Origin: Camelus ferus | Lineage: Eukaryota | Assembly: GCF_009834535.1 (NCBI RefSeq) | Contig: NC_045697.1 | Location: forward strand, 32,056,001-32,120,000 | Direction: 5' to 3' | DNA: 64,000 nt | In this document: piece by piece, positions 26,701 to 39,549 of the stretch | Numbering within the stretch: the stretch's first letter is position 1 | Layout of the letters: each line of letters starts with the position of its first letter | Position numbers and translations under genes: made by a program | Notes under the pieces: generated by a model | The model's database searches: none | What the model saw: only the letters and a program-made list of their open reading frames with translations | Told to the model about the DNA's origin: nothing

Positions 26701-26937
26701 ACTAAAGTTGCTATTTAGGCTATGTTTCTCACATTATTTGTCCTGGGGTTTTTTGTAATAGGGTTTGATGTCAGCTCAGGAAGAAGAGACTCTAAAACAG
26801 GAGTGGCTAACCTCAGAATTTTCTGATGGATTCATGTTTGGGCTCAGTGCATTAATGAACCCAGCAGTATGCTGTTCTAAGTAGAGTGAACGCACATATG
26901 GAATTTTCTCACAGTTGTATCCATAGCTTTTACAAGA

Positions 26938-26939
26938 TA

Positions 26940-26984
<45 letters not shown>
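26938..26984. repeat. (CA)n microsatellite
   Basis: direct reading. Confidence 0.95.
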
Positions 26985-26986
<2 letters not shown>

Positions 26987-27029
26987 CCCAGAATTAACAC
27001 CATTAACAAAAACCAAACGTTTAAGAACC

Positions 27030-29275
27030 AATGTTCTAAGGAGTGACATCAATGAAAATGGTGGAGTGAAGATGTCTGAAACCTTCCCCTTCCAAAAGTT
27101 CTGGAAAAAGTTATCAGAATAAATTCATGGACATTAACTAAATATTTGCAAAAGCCCAGAGAATTGAGAGAATTTAGTGGGGGAAAACAGCTGAATATCA
27201 ATAAGAACAATGAGATTTGAGTATTTTCACCTACTTTAGCCCCATTCCTTCCCACAACTCCCTAGCTTTGCAGCAGCCTTAAAAATAACATCCAGCATTC
27301 CCAGTACCAAATTGAGCAAAACAGTTTTGGAATTTTTCAAGGCCTTATTCCTAGAGGATTCATTATTTGCCCCAATTAGTGGTTCCCTAGAAGACCCCAC
27401 TTGAAAAAGACTTGCCTTTAATGACCTCAGTTGAACTTGCCCTGTGCTAAAAGCTTCTTCCCAGAGACCATGTGTTGAATATTTTAACTACTGTCTGAAG
27501 CAACAGATGACAATTGGAGCAAATGATATACTTACCAAAAAGTTTACAAGGAAAAGTTGAGAAATGAGATACCCACAGGGCCTTTAAAAAGCTCCAACAT
27601 ATTCCTGGGAATTTAGAACGCCACATTCAAGTGTAGAGCTACGTGCATGCGTAGGAAAGACCTGATAAGTCCTTAAGCTCTCACCTCTGATCTTGGCTCT
27701 GCAAGCAAGAAATGAGGGCTAAGGCAGAGTTGTAAACTAATTGACTTGAGTGTAGAAGGCGGGTCCCAATGCACACACAGAACCATCAGAAGAAAAATGG
27801 GAGATTTATTGGTTCCGGACACTTAAAGAAATCCCTGTCCCATCATCAGCTGACCCAAACTAATTAGAGACTTCAGTGACAAAATACAACAAAGATATAG
27901 AACTTACAGAATTAGTTCAGAAAAGTCAATAAACAAACAACAACCAACAAAGAAAGTAGCAACAACAAATCCTGGGGAAGGGGAGAGTCTCATTTCAGAG
28001 CTTCCAAATTACATTATTTTAAATGCTCAGTTGTCAACATAAAATCAGAAAACATGTGAAGAAATAAGAAAGCATGGCTCATACACAGGGGTGAAGAAAA
28101 AAAAAAAGAAAACCTCCATAGGACAGTTCAGGACTTGAAGTTAGTAGTAAAAAAGCTTTCAATCAGCTATTTCAAATATATTCAAAGACCTAAAGGAAGC
28201 TGTAGCTAAAAAGAACCATTATAGTATACTGTATATATGTATTTACATGCAATATAATGTGTATGTGCAGTTGAGCTGTAACAACTCTACCTAATAAAAC
28301 TGAAAAATGAGGAAAAAATAAAAGGAACCATTATAACTAAGGGGAACTATTATAATTATATCTCATTCTAAGACTTAATAAATAGAATATAAGTAAAGAG
28401 ATAGTAATTATAAGAAGTGACCAAATAGAAACTCGGAAGTTGAAAAGTACAATAACTCAAATGAAGATTTTACTACAGAGGATAAACAGCAAATTCAACT
28501 ATATAAAAAAAGAAGCAGCAGACTTAAACTTATGATCAATTGCTATTATTTCATCTGGGAACAGAAAGATGAAACAGTGGAAAAAGAAAAATGAATAGAT
28601 CTTCAGAGACCTGTGGGGCACTATCAAGTGTACCAACATACAAATAATGGGAGTTCCAGAAGGAGTGGAGAGAGAGAAAGGATCAGGAAAAAATTTGAAG
28701 AAATAATGGCTAAAGCCTTCTCAAACTAAGTTTAAAAATTAATCTATTGAAAGAAAACAAAGTTGGGGGACTGATGCTACCCAACTTCAAGACTTAGTAT
28801 TAAGCTACGGTAATCAAGACTGCATGGTATTGACAAAAGAATAGACAAGTATCAATAGAACAGAACAGAGAGCCCAGAAATAGACACACATATAGTCAAC
28901 TGATCTTTGACAAAAGAGCAAAGTTAATACAATGGAGCAAAGATAGTCTTTTCAGCAAATTCTGGAACAACTGAACATCCACACGCAAAGAAAGGAATTA
29001 GATGCAAAAAGCGTATCATTCACCAAAATTAACTCAAACTAGATCACAGACCTAAATGTAAAAATGTAAAACTATAAAAGTCCTAGACAATAACATAAGA
29101 CACATAACCTAGATAACCTTGGTATGTGATGGCTGCTAACAGGTGCAGGGTTTCTTACTGGGATGATGAACATGTTCTGGAATTAGATAGCGGTACTGCC
29201 TCCCTACTAAAAACCACTAAATTGTCATTTTAAAGGGGTGAATTTAATGTGAATTATATCTTTTATTTTAAAGGA
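27030..29275 (+). mobile_element. Old L1 5'UTR/ORF1 remnant followed by ORF2 and 3' fragments
   Basis: cagagacctgtggggcactatcaagtgtaccaacatac, ggagttccagaagga, gaagaaataatggctaaa (ORF1); aacaaagttgggggactga..cccaacttcaagact, gagagcccagaaatagac (ORF2). Confidence 0.8.
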
Positions 29276-29704
29276 AAGAATCAATGTTCAAGACTAATTT
29301 ATCACCTGGAATCTGACTCAGTAGCACCACAGCAATGTGTGCTGACTAGTGTTTAAAGGCTTTTCAGATCCCAATGTACATCAGCTGGCTTTAGAAGGGG
29401 TCACAACAATGACCCACTGGGAGTTTCTGAATGCTCATCACTCGAAATAAATCAATATTATTTAATTTAACATATTTGTTAATATGAACATGAAGTTACA
29501 GCTAAACAGAGAGCAGAAGAGTACACAAATATTAGGATTATAAACCATATACAAAGCAATCAGTCTTAAGTTTTAAAATCTATGTCACATTGAATTTATA
29601 TCATATTGAATGTACTTATTTACAAAAATGTGTATCATATTTAATTTATAAAGCTACATTATCCAACATCATTCTCCTTTACTTGAGCTCTCAACAGCAA
29701 ATAA

Positions 29705-29900
29705 GACAGGGAGGCAGGATGACATACAGAAAGAATCAAGAAAACCAGTGTGCTTAGGTATAGCTCTATAATCTTAAGCATGTTATTTGACCTCTCTTAG
29801 CATCAGATTCTCTATAAATAGCTCTATTCTCAAATTTTACATCAGGATCCAATCAGGTAATACATGTGACAGTACTCTGTAAAATGGGATGCCAGTGTAG
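29705..29900 (+). mobile_element. MIR SINE
   Basis: atcttaagcatgttatttgacctctcttagcatcag..aggatccaatcaggtaatacatgtga. Confidence 0.55.
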
Positions 29901-30769
29901 TTTTCAACATTATTATTGTATCATATTCGCAGTTTATTGATAAATCAACATTCGTGATGCTCAGTGGTGGCTCTACTATACCACACGTCTCTCTGCCTTT
30001 GAGATTTATAAATAAAATACAAAAGTGATACCAGGCCTTAAGACATTTTTAATCTGACAAAAAAAAAGTGTCATTCCAGTTTTGTCTATGGATGTGAATA
30101 CTCAATTTTGCATCCTTATTAGCTCTTTATGTTTCTAGAACTGAGGAAGGACCATGACTACTTTGAATCCTGTTGTTGGAAACTAGAAATGGTTGATCCG
30201 TATAAAGATTTTGTAAAACACATATAAATATTTATAGAGATGTAAATAAACTCATAATTCTGGCCTCAACCAGATAGAAAAATCATGAAAGCAAAATAAA
30301 GCTAGGTTAAATGATAAAAGTTCAGGTAGGGAAAACAAAATATGTTTGGATTAAAATCATCTAACTTCTGAGCTATTTCAGTTGACTCTGTTCTCAGTTG
30401 TAGAAAAAGGGAAGGAGGAATAACTGGGAAAGAATAAAATTTAAGTTGACCCACTTAAACTTAAGTTGTCAGATTACGGGAAGATTAAAAACATAAATAT
30501 AGGACTTACCTCAAAATGCTCAAAGAAACCTGGAAAACAGGCTCCCGTGGCCACAAAACACCCAGGAAATTGGGATTTTCTTCTTTGGAGCTGCTGCTGA
30601 TTCTCCTGCACTCCATAATTTAGACAGCACCACTGACTGCCCAGTTCCTTCCATGGCTTTTACTACAGGGGGTAAAACTCTGCTCCACATGTTTTGGTGT
30701 TTGCCATGTGAGAACCGTAGGAAAGCCTAGAAGTAGAGCCAGAAAACTGATAGAGTGGTCAGGACATGC

Positions 30770-31020
30770 TGTGATGTTCGCAGCAAGAGGCTTAAAGGTT
30801 GGAGCTGGGAGTTCAGCCCAGTGTAAATCCTTATTTTGTTGCTGTTTAATAGCTTGAGACCTTGGACAAGTCACTTAAGTCTCAAATTTCTCACTTGCAA
30901 AATATAGATAGGATCTAGCTCATAGGATTTTTGTAAGGGTTATCTAATAAAATACACAAATTATTTAGCAAAAATCGTTGCTAATAATAAATGCTCAAGG
31001 ATTGTTAGCAACCTTCATTA
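30770..31020 (+). mobile_element. MIR SINE
   Basis: gagaccttggacaagtcacttaagtctc..tctcacttgcaaaat..cataggatttttgtaaggg. Confidence 0.75.
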
Positions 31021-31956
31021 TCACTCTAACGGAAAAGGGTAGTAAAAGCAAAATAGAGAAAAATAGATGACCATAGCCCTCTTACTAATTATGGATGACT
31101 CATTAATGTTTTAAACTGCTTTCAGTTTATTCAAAGTAAAAGTAAACACAATTATGAAATATGGATTTACTATTCTCACTATGTAAGTTGATGCTGCTGT
31201 TTCAAAAACTTGCAAATTGTGTTTCAAGTTTTTAAAGTGCATCTTGTTCTCTCAATAGAATATTCCTCTGTGTGCTGGATGCTGGTTTCTAGAGGGAGCT
31301 CTCAGGTGGACGGTTAGACTTATCATCCTGGGGATTTATCAGTTAAGTCAGGCCCACAATGGAATTCTCTGTGCAGTTTTCTAAAATGCAAATTATACAC
31401 AAACTGCTTGAGTTTGCCAGCATTAATACATCCGAGAAGTCGCCAACACATACACATGCCTCAAACTGTCAGTAGCTAATACAGGAGTCTGGAGAAAAAG
31501 TGAGTAGGGTATTTTGGAATGAAATGAATCTAAGAGGTCAGTTTGTGGGTGTGCTATTTAGTTTGCTGGAGGGAACAAGGTGGACTCCTAGCTGCAAACA
31601 AAATTAACTAAGGTTGGGGGTGGTTCCAATAAATACAGAGTTGCTGGAAAGGACTGAGAGTGTCCCTCAGTGGGCTGTATCTGCCTCCTCTGTACTCCTT
31701 GAAGAATCAGTGAGCTAAGGAAGAAAATTTTTAATTGACCTACTGAAATTATTAGATTAAAGGAACATTAAGGATGTAGTTATAGGAACTACCTCCAACG
31801 CTCAAAGAAATCTGGAAAACAGGCTTCTGGGGCAGCAAAATACCCACTGATATTCAGTAAAATTCATTAAAAAGTTCTGCTGACCTTCCTGCACTCCGTA
31901 ATACAGTCAGCATCATTGATTGCCCGGTGTGCTAATGAGTTTGAGATTCCACAATC

Positions 31957-32119
31957 CAGCGACTCTCAAAGTGAGGTCTTTGACCAATAACATAGTATCA
32001 CCTGGGAGCTTGTTAGAAATGTAAATTCTCAGGCCCCACCCACACCTACTGATTTAGAAAGTCGATCACAACAAGCCCTCCAAGTGATTCCAATGGACCA
32101 TCAAGTTTGAGAACCACAG
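31957..32119 (+). mobile_element. MER5A hAT-Charlie MITE
   Basis: cagcgactctcaaagtg..atcacctgggagcttgttagaaatgtaaattctcaggccccacc..aagtttgagaaccacag. Confidence 0.9.
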
Positions 32120-33844
32120 ATATAAGAGAGTAACAATGTGGGTTATAGAGCGGTTGTGCTGAGTGACCAGGAAGACCGCCAGGTGAGGTTTACCCAAGAA
32201 CCCCAGAAGCAAAATGTGTGACAGATGCAGTGAGATTTCATGGGAAAGTGAGTAACTATAATTCAAACTAAGACTCCAGAGGCTCACGTATGGCCTTTCT
32301 GAGAGTAACATGTTTGACTTCTTGCTTAAAGAAGTCACTAGCTATGTTTGTTACTGATGCAAGTTGACGTCTGTATTACAGAGAACGTAAATGATGGGAG
32401 AATTCTTGCATAGGCTCTGCCTTTCTAGAAAGAATAGCAAAGATTCTCCACAGAAAAAAAAGATCTGGGAAGGAAGCCAGAAAGTCAAAGAAATTTAAGG
32501 TGGTGAACAGGAATTAAAGCTGGAGTCGAGAGGTTGAAAGTAGAACAATGTGATAAAAAGAGGAAAAGAAGAAAATACATTCAGGACCATTTTCACTAAA
32601 TAGAAGGTCTGACCTCTTCCCAGACAGTAGGAATCCAGTCCTTCTGATCCCATGTCTTATACAATAAAGAAGACCCATATACACAATCACCTATAATGAA
32701 GCTTCTTAATAGTCCTGAGAGGAAGACATGGGATGCTAAGAGGCAGGCAAGCCAACAAAAGATACTGCCTTCTAAGTGTAACCAGAGATATATGCAAAGA
32801 CTACCCACACTCAACACTTAGGTAATTCAGACAAAATGAACATGAACTACATCCCTATTGATACTGAAGCCTTCACAGGAAGCAGAATAACGTGGAAGTT
32901 TTTTCTCTTCTCAATTGAATATTGTAAGTCTGGAAGAGAATTTGGCGGGAGGCATGAACAGAAAATGAAGAACAACTTGTCAAATGACAGTATTTTTTTT
33001 TTTATCTTGACTGATACAAGAAAATTCGGTCAATAATGATATAATGAAGACTGATTATAACATTTTCATTTCAGGCATCATAATTTGGTCCAGTGAATTC
33101 CAAACAAACAGAGAAAAGGGAGGAAAAGGTCCAAATAAACTTCCAAATAAAATGAAAAACTTTTGTAATGAAAAGTAGATGTGATTATAGGGAAAAATAA
33201 GAACAATAGTGGCAATAACCAAAAATCCTCAAAAGGATACAAAAAAGCGAAAAATCAGAGACTCAGATGTCTTTGTTTCTAATGAATACTAATAAAAACA
33301 AGTAGCTGTAGTCCCACAAATGTCACCAATCCCTGCAGGGTGGGACATACGACTGCCAGGGAAGTGGAAAGGCACGCGTATTTAAAATAAGCAGGGTGGG
33401 ACATAGAGCTATGTGCCAAGGAGATATTGGCATAAAAATTCACAAGGCTGAAGGTGAAGGGAGATTGAGAACAGGTGGATGAGCATGAAAGAGACGTGAT
33501 ATTCTGACGGTAACACATGCAGGAGTGTCTAGTCAGTCAGACAGGGTATGTTGGTTACTTGCCTCATATAGAGAGCAAAATTGGAACAGAAGTTATTAGT
33601 GGTTGGGGACTTGAATTATCTGGACATCTGCTAGATGTTTCATTCATCTCAGGCCAAAACAGCTAATAAAATACTGCTAAAAATGTCATTTCGGAGAAGA
33701 TGGAATTATATCATCTTACGTGCAGAAAAGATTTTCACGAGAGTCAAGTTCAATTCCCTCTCCTCAAATTTAAATCCAGGAGAGCCAAGGTCTGGAGAGG
33801 TGGTAGAATTAATTATACATGAGACAGAAATAAAACCCTGGTCC

Positions 33845-34750
33845 CATTTCATTGGTTCACTCTTCAAATATTCACAGAGTGCCTTCTGAGTGCCAGGCAG
33901 TGTTCTAGGCAGTTGAGATACGTTAGTGAAGAAACAAAGCCTCTGCATTCAGGGACCTTATATTCCTGTATAATAGGAAATCAGACAATAGATAACATAA
34001 AAAGTAGATAGACTACCTAATAAAGCACTGTGTAATACGGTAGTCACTAGTCACATGTGGCTATTTAAATTTAATTAAAAGATTAGTCTGTTCACAAATT
34101 ATTTACCACAAATATTAACTGAGTGCCTACCATATTATTATGGGGCAGGTGCTGTTTGAGGTGCAAAAGGCACAGCAGTGAATAAAACAGACAGAGGTTC
34201 TGCTCTTCCCAGCGGAGAAGACAGAAGGCAATCAAACAAGCAAATTAACATATAACGTGATGGCTGACTGCAATAGCGCTATGAAGTAAAGTGAGGAATG
34301 GGTAGGGCAAGGATAGAACAAATGGTGGCAGGCTGTTTTAGGTGGGGCGGTGCTGTTGGTTGGGAAGAACCCCACAGGAAGTGACTCAGCAAGCCCTATA
34401 AACATCAGACGGAGAAGTGTCCCATGCAGACGGAACAGCAATTACAAAGGTCCTAAAGAAGGTGCATGTGTGTCACGTTCATAGAACATTAAGAAGCTCA
34501 GGTGATTGAAGCAAAGTTAAAAAGGAGCAGAATAACAGGAGAAAGGCTGCAGAGGCAGATTCGGGGCCAGATCACATAGAGCCTTGCAAGTCAAAGTCTG
34601 GATTTTGGATGTATTCCACTAGTGAAGGAATGCCCTTGGGGAGGTTCAAGAAGGGCAGTGACAAGATCAGATGTACACTGTAAAAGAATACTCAAGCTGC
34701 CGCTTGGTAAACAGAATGTGAAGGGGCAGGCATGGAGGAGGGAGACTAGT
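33845..34750 (-). mobile_element. L2 3' fragments with a MER3/MER33-type hAT fragment (~34020-34080)
   Basis: aaatattcacagagtgccttctgagtgccaggcagtgttctagg; ggggccagatcacatagagccttg; tagtcacatgtggctatttaaattta. Confidence 0.75.
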
Positions 34751-36039
34751 CATTGTGTAGATAATCACATCCGCCACGTCTGTTTTGCATAAAGGTACAT
34801 GGTTACCATTTCTGGAGATTACGTTCTTATTTAGTTATTAAAATTCTTATTTAACTACACATTTAACTAAAGTAAATAACGTGATGCAGCTATGACAAAA
34901 ATCACATTCACAGAAATGAAAAATTCCCTCTTAAGATCACAGGACTCTCACAAAATCACATTCTCTTTTTTAGTATACAGCTCAAATATCCTATCAGCAG
35001 AAGCTCTTCCCCTTAATTTATCTTTCTTGTTTATTACACTCGCTTTTCAGGAATTTGGCATTAGTTTCCAGATGGGCCTGGTCAAGACACAGATTGATAA
35101 ATAGTCTCCGGGCCACACACACCTCCGCACTGACTGCCTCCCCCGCACCTCATTCTATTTAGAGTTGCCGATCTCTGTCAGCCTGTCACCGTCAGGGACA
35201 CAACATGAGAGATTAAAGGACTGTCATCGTTCTGAATTGCCTGGCATTCTCAGCTCTATAGACTAGCCAGCAAATACAATGTGTTTGGTTAGTTCCTCTC
35301 GGCCACGAGGCACCTTCCATTCTACAAAGAAGAATGTCTACGATCCACCAACCTACCTCTGCGTACCTGAATTTGCCGTGGATCCACATACAGCTGAGAC
35401 CTGCATTCACTAGACCAGTGAAGAGGAAGCTGTTTTGAGCCTGGGTTTGGCAGGCAGATAGAATTTTGACAGGCATCCTGAGCCAGGTTAAGAGGAAAGA
35501 AATCCAACACCAAACATGGAGTCACAAAAATTAGAGGCCTATTTAGGGAACAGCAAGAAAGTCACTGAGGTTAGAATCTAATTCGTATTTTCAGTGCTCC
35601 TGATATCGCATGTGAATCTTAGCTAGTAGGCTGTGCTTTCTGCCACTGTGACTTTTGTGTATTTGTGGTCTTAGCTTTTCTGAAACCTAAAGCTACTAAA
35701 ATTATGCTTTTATGCAGAAAGAAGCATAGTATCATTATTACTGGAAAACTTACCTGCTGTGCTTATAATGCTCTTGTTGACTACCCCTGGGAAGTTCATT
35801 ATGATAAACTGATGAAGTTTGTGAACTCTTTGGTTCAGAAATGAGAACCACTGCTGAATAAAGATATTCCCTACTCTTTTACATAATGAAGCTCATATTT
35901 TGCCTGTGCACTAGTAACCCACTCATTAGAGAGAAGCTCATGACTTGGACAAGGAAAGCATACTTTTCTCACATTCTCTTACATCAGGTTTGAAGACAGT
36001 TCCTTCTCTCAGGTAACTTCCCTAAATTAAAAAAATATA

Positions 36040-37700
36040 TTACTTTATTTTATTTTTTAATTGAAGTATATTTGACTTACAATGTTGTGCTAGTTTCTGG
36101 TGTACAGCAAAGTGATTCATTTACACATATATATTTATATTCTTTTTCAGATTCTGTTCCTTTATAGATTATTACAAGATACTGAATATAGTTCCCTGTA
36201 CTATACAGGAGTTCATTGTTGTTTATCTATTTTATATGTAGTGGTGTGTATATGTTAATCCTAAACTGCTAATTTATCCCTCCTACCCTTTCCCCTTTGG
36301 TGACCATAGTTTTTTCCTATGTCTGTGAGTATATTTCTGGTTTGTAGATAAGTTCATTTGTATCATTCTTTTTAGACTCCACATATAAGTAATATCATAT
36401 GATATTTGTCTTTCCCTATCTGACTTACTTCATTTAATGTGATAATCTCTAGGTCCATCCATGTTGCTGCAAATGGCATTATTTCATTCATTTTTATGGC
36501 TGACTAATATTTGTATATATATTTTATATATATACACATATACATATACATACCATGTCTTCTTTTTTATCCATTTATCTGTTGATGGACATTTAGGTTG
36601 CTTCCATGTCTTGGCTATTGTATATAGTACTGCTATGAACACTGGAATGCATGAATCTTTTTGAATTTAGAGTTTTCTCCAGATATATGCCCAAGAGTGG
36701 GATTGCTGGATTATATTGTAACTCCATTTTTAGTTTTTGAGGAACCTGCATACTGTTCTCCATAGTGGCTGCACCAATTTACATTCCCACTAACAGTATA
36801 GGAGGGTTCCTTTCTCTCCACACCCTTTCCAGCATTTATTTTTAGACTTTTTAATGATGGCCATTTTGACTGGTGTGAGGTGATACCTCATTGTGGTTTT
36901 GATTTGCATTTCTCTTAATAATAGCAACATGGAGCATCTTTTCATATGCCTGTTGGCCATCTGTATGTTTTCTTTGGAGAAATGTCTAGGTCTTCTGCCC
37001 ATTTATTGATTGGGTTGTTTGCTTTTTTGATATTAAGCTATAGGAGTTTGTATATTTTGGAAATTAATCCCTTGTCAGTTGCATCATTTGCAAATATATT
37101 CCCCCATTCCGAAGGCTGTCTTTTTGTTTTGTTTATGGTTTCCTTTGCTATGCAAAAGCTTTTAAGTTTAATTAGGTCCCATTTGTTTATTTTTGCTTTT
37201 ATTTCCTTTACTCTAGGAGACAAATCCAAAAAAATATTGCTATGATTTATGTTAAAGAGCATTTTGCCAATGTTTTCCTCTAGGGGTTTTACAGTATCTA
37301 GCCTTATATTTGGGTCTTTAATCCACTTTGAATTTATTGAGAATGTTCTAATTTCAGTCTATTACAGGTGGCTGTCCAGTTTTCCCAGAACCACTTACTG
37401 AAGAGACTGTCTTTTCTTCATTGTATATTCTTACCTCCTTTGTCATATGGACCAAAGTGTCTAGGTTTATTTCTGGGTTTCTATCCTGTTCCATTGATCT
37501 CTGTGTCTGTTTTTGTGCCAGCACCACAGTTTTGATGAGTGTAGCTTTGAAGTATAATCAGAAGTCAGGGAGCATGTTCCCTCCAGCTCCGTTCTTCTTT
37601 CTCAAGATTGTTTTGACTATCTGGGGTCTTTTGTGTTTCCATAAAAATTAAAAAAAAATTGTTCCAGTTCTGTGAAAAATGCCACTGGTAATTTGATGTG
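36040..37700 (-). mobile_element. 5'-truncated L1 (younger, L1MA9-like/lineage family): ORF2 C-terminus and 3'UTR
   Basis: ORF track peptides [22 protein letters not shown] and [31 protein letters not shown] are L1 ORF2 C-terminal motifs; T-rich tail near 36045. Confidence 0.95.
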
Positions 37701-37849
37701 TCCAAGCATATTTATACCTGGTAGGTCATATTTCTCAAATGAGCTATTTAAAAGAGGTTTTTAAGGGGTGCCTGGCTTGTTAACATTGATAATTAACATT
37801 TGTAATTGGCAGTCTATGATCTTTGTCACAGATTAAAAGTATCTCTATC

Positions 37850-38210
37850 TGAAGAGGCAAACTGGAGGCCTAAATTAACTAAATAAAGAGGCCATTAGAC
37901 TGAGGTGACTCTCATGCCCTGGCATCCTATGTAAGTTAACCAAAATTTACAGGCAGTTAACCTGTAAATGCCTCAAGGTTACTAAGTCACAATGCTAAGG
38001 ACAACCAGTCACAGTCAACTTAGGCTTTAAGTAATAACCAATAAAATCATTTCCTTTCTTGGCTTCCCCACTTCCTGCATGTAAATTTTTGTCCTGGCTA
38101 CTATGGGAGGATCCCTCCTAACCACTTGGGTTTGGCACTACCTAATTTGAATTGATTTTTTGCTCAAATGAACTCAGAAGGTTTGATATGCCTCAGTTTA
38201 TCTTTTAACA
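37850..38210 (+). mobile_element. ERV1-class solo LTR (MER34-like)
   Basis: tgaagaggc..gaggccattagactgaggtg..tttgctcaaat.aactc..gcctcagtttatcttttaaca. Confidence 0.7.
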
Positions 38211-38999
38211 TTTTTAACAGTTTATCTTTTAACATCCTTAACATGCTGGCTGATATGTTTGGTTTTGCCATAAATGTTTTAAAATGTTTACATGTCACAA
38301 AATTATAGGCGGTCTTCTACTGGGTAACAGGATTTAGCAACACTAAGCTGGAATTCTCGTGTGCCATCGACTGGATTAAACCAATGAGTGGCTCCACACT
38401 TTGTACCAGGCCCCACGCTTTCCTCTACTCTCTTCTGCCCAACCCTCTTCCCTCCCTTATGTTTCCTCCCAAGCCTCTGTCAGCATTTGAGTTTGTTGTC
38501 TGATTTCTCTGCCTCCTACTTATTTTGGAATTTTATTATTTAACATTCCTGTAATTTAAACCAGTCAAAATAAATGTCATATCCTTCATATTCTGCAAGG
38601 AAAGAAGTATCGAGTGAAGATAAATCCTTTGTAGACTTCTCAAAAGCTTATAGGGACTATCCTCAACTGATGCTTAGCTGAACCTTCCTCTCACATGGTG
38701 TTTAAGAAGTCTAGGAGGCCAGATCTCCAAGGTGCATATTTATTTGCCCATTGTATTCAGCTGAAAAGAGAGCACATGTCATGTTTCACTCAATTTCATA
38801 ACACCACTGAGGGGAAAAAAAAAATCCAATGAAACCAATATGTTTTGCTTTGACTCAAACAAAAAAAAAAAAAGAAAGTAAAAAGAAAAAGGAAAAAAAG
38901 AAGCAAAAAAAAAAAATCCTCGATCTTCTCATTTTTCCTTTTTTTTAAAAAATCCCTTTCATTATTATAATGACATGACTGGTGGTGGGAGTTATGTAG

Positions 39000-39190
39000 A
39001 TCATAGTAAGTAGATCTTAATTTGACTCTTGGCATTCTAATTCACTTAAAGTTTACTGAACCCTCTTTTATATTCAGTTTCATCAGTAAAGTGGGGCTGA
39101 TAATAGCTAAGCCATAGCATTACTATGAAGTTCCCAGGAAATGTATGCAAAACTGAGCACACTGGGATTGAATAATCGGCACCATGTTAT
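39000..39190 (+). mobile_element. MIR SINE
   Basis: cagttttcatcagtaaagtggggctgataatag. Confidence 0.55.
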
Positions 39191-39549
39191 TATAATTTGA
39201 GCTGAATATCTGCATTTAACCTCTAACTTCTGTAGACAGAAACAGTTGCCAAGGACTTGATTTAGATATGCTGCAGTGTTAAGGGATGACTTCTGATTAT
39301 TAACCCCAACCTCACATGAACCTAACCGTCTGCTTTTTCTCCACCTGTGTCCATAAACTGAACGCAGCTAGGACAAAAAAAAGATGTAATGGGGCAGATT
39401 TCACTGTGTATTTGGTTTGCTGAACTTAAACAGGCACTGAACACTATCTGGTTACCACTATCTGTGTTCCTACCGTTGGTTTCTTTTTCAGTTTGTTCTT
39501 CTGCAGAGATGATTAGTTCATTAACTTTGCACTTTTCAAAGCCCTACCC

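Larger units (their letters stand above)
29306..32202 (-). pseudogene. Decayed - strand gene remnant: duplicated two-exon unit (a2 31793-32202, b2 31180-31380, a1 30510-30726, b1 29306-29426)
   Basis: a1 and a2 align directly including the donor; - strand splice sites ctacttctag|..AG|gtaagt (a1), AG|gtagtt (a2), tgcattttag|..ATA|gtgaga (b2), gcattcag| (b1); stops and indels in the inferred frame. Confidence 0.5.

Noticed and set aside
36461..37651. Several ORFs resembling database proteins
   Set aside because: They are sense and antisense fragments of a truncated, frameshifted L1 ORF2/3'UTR.
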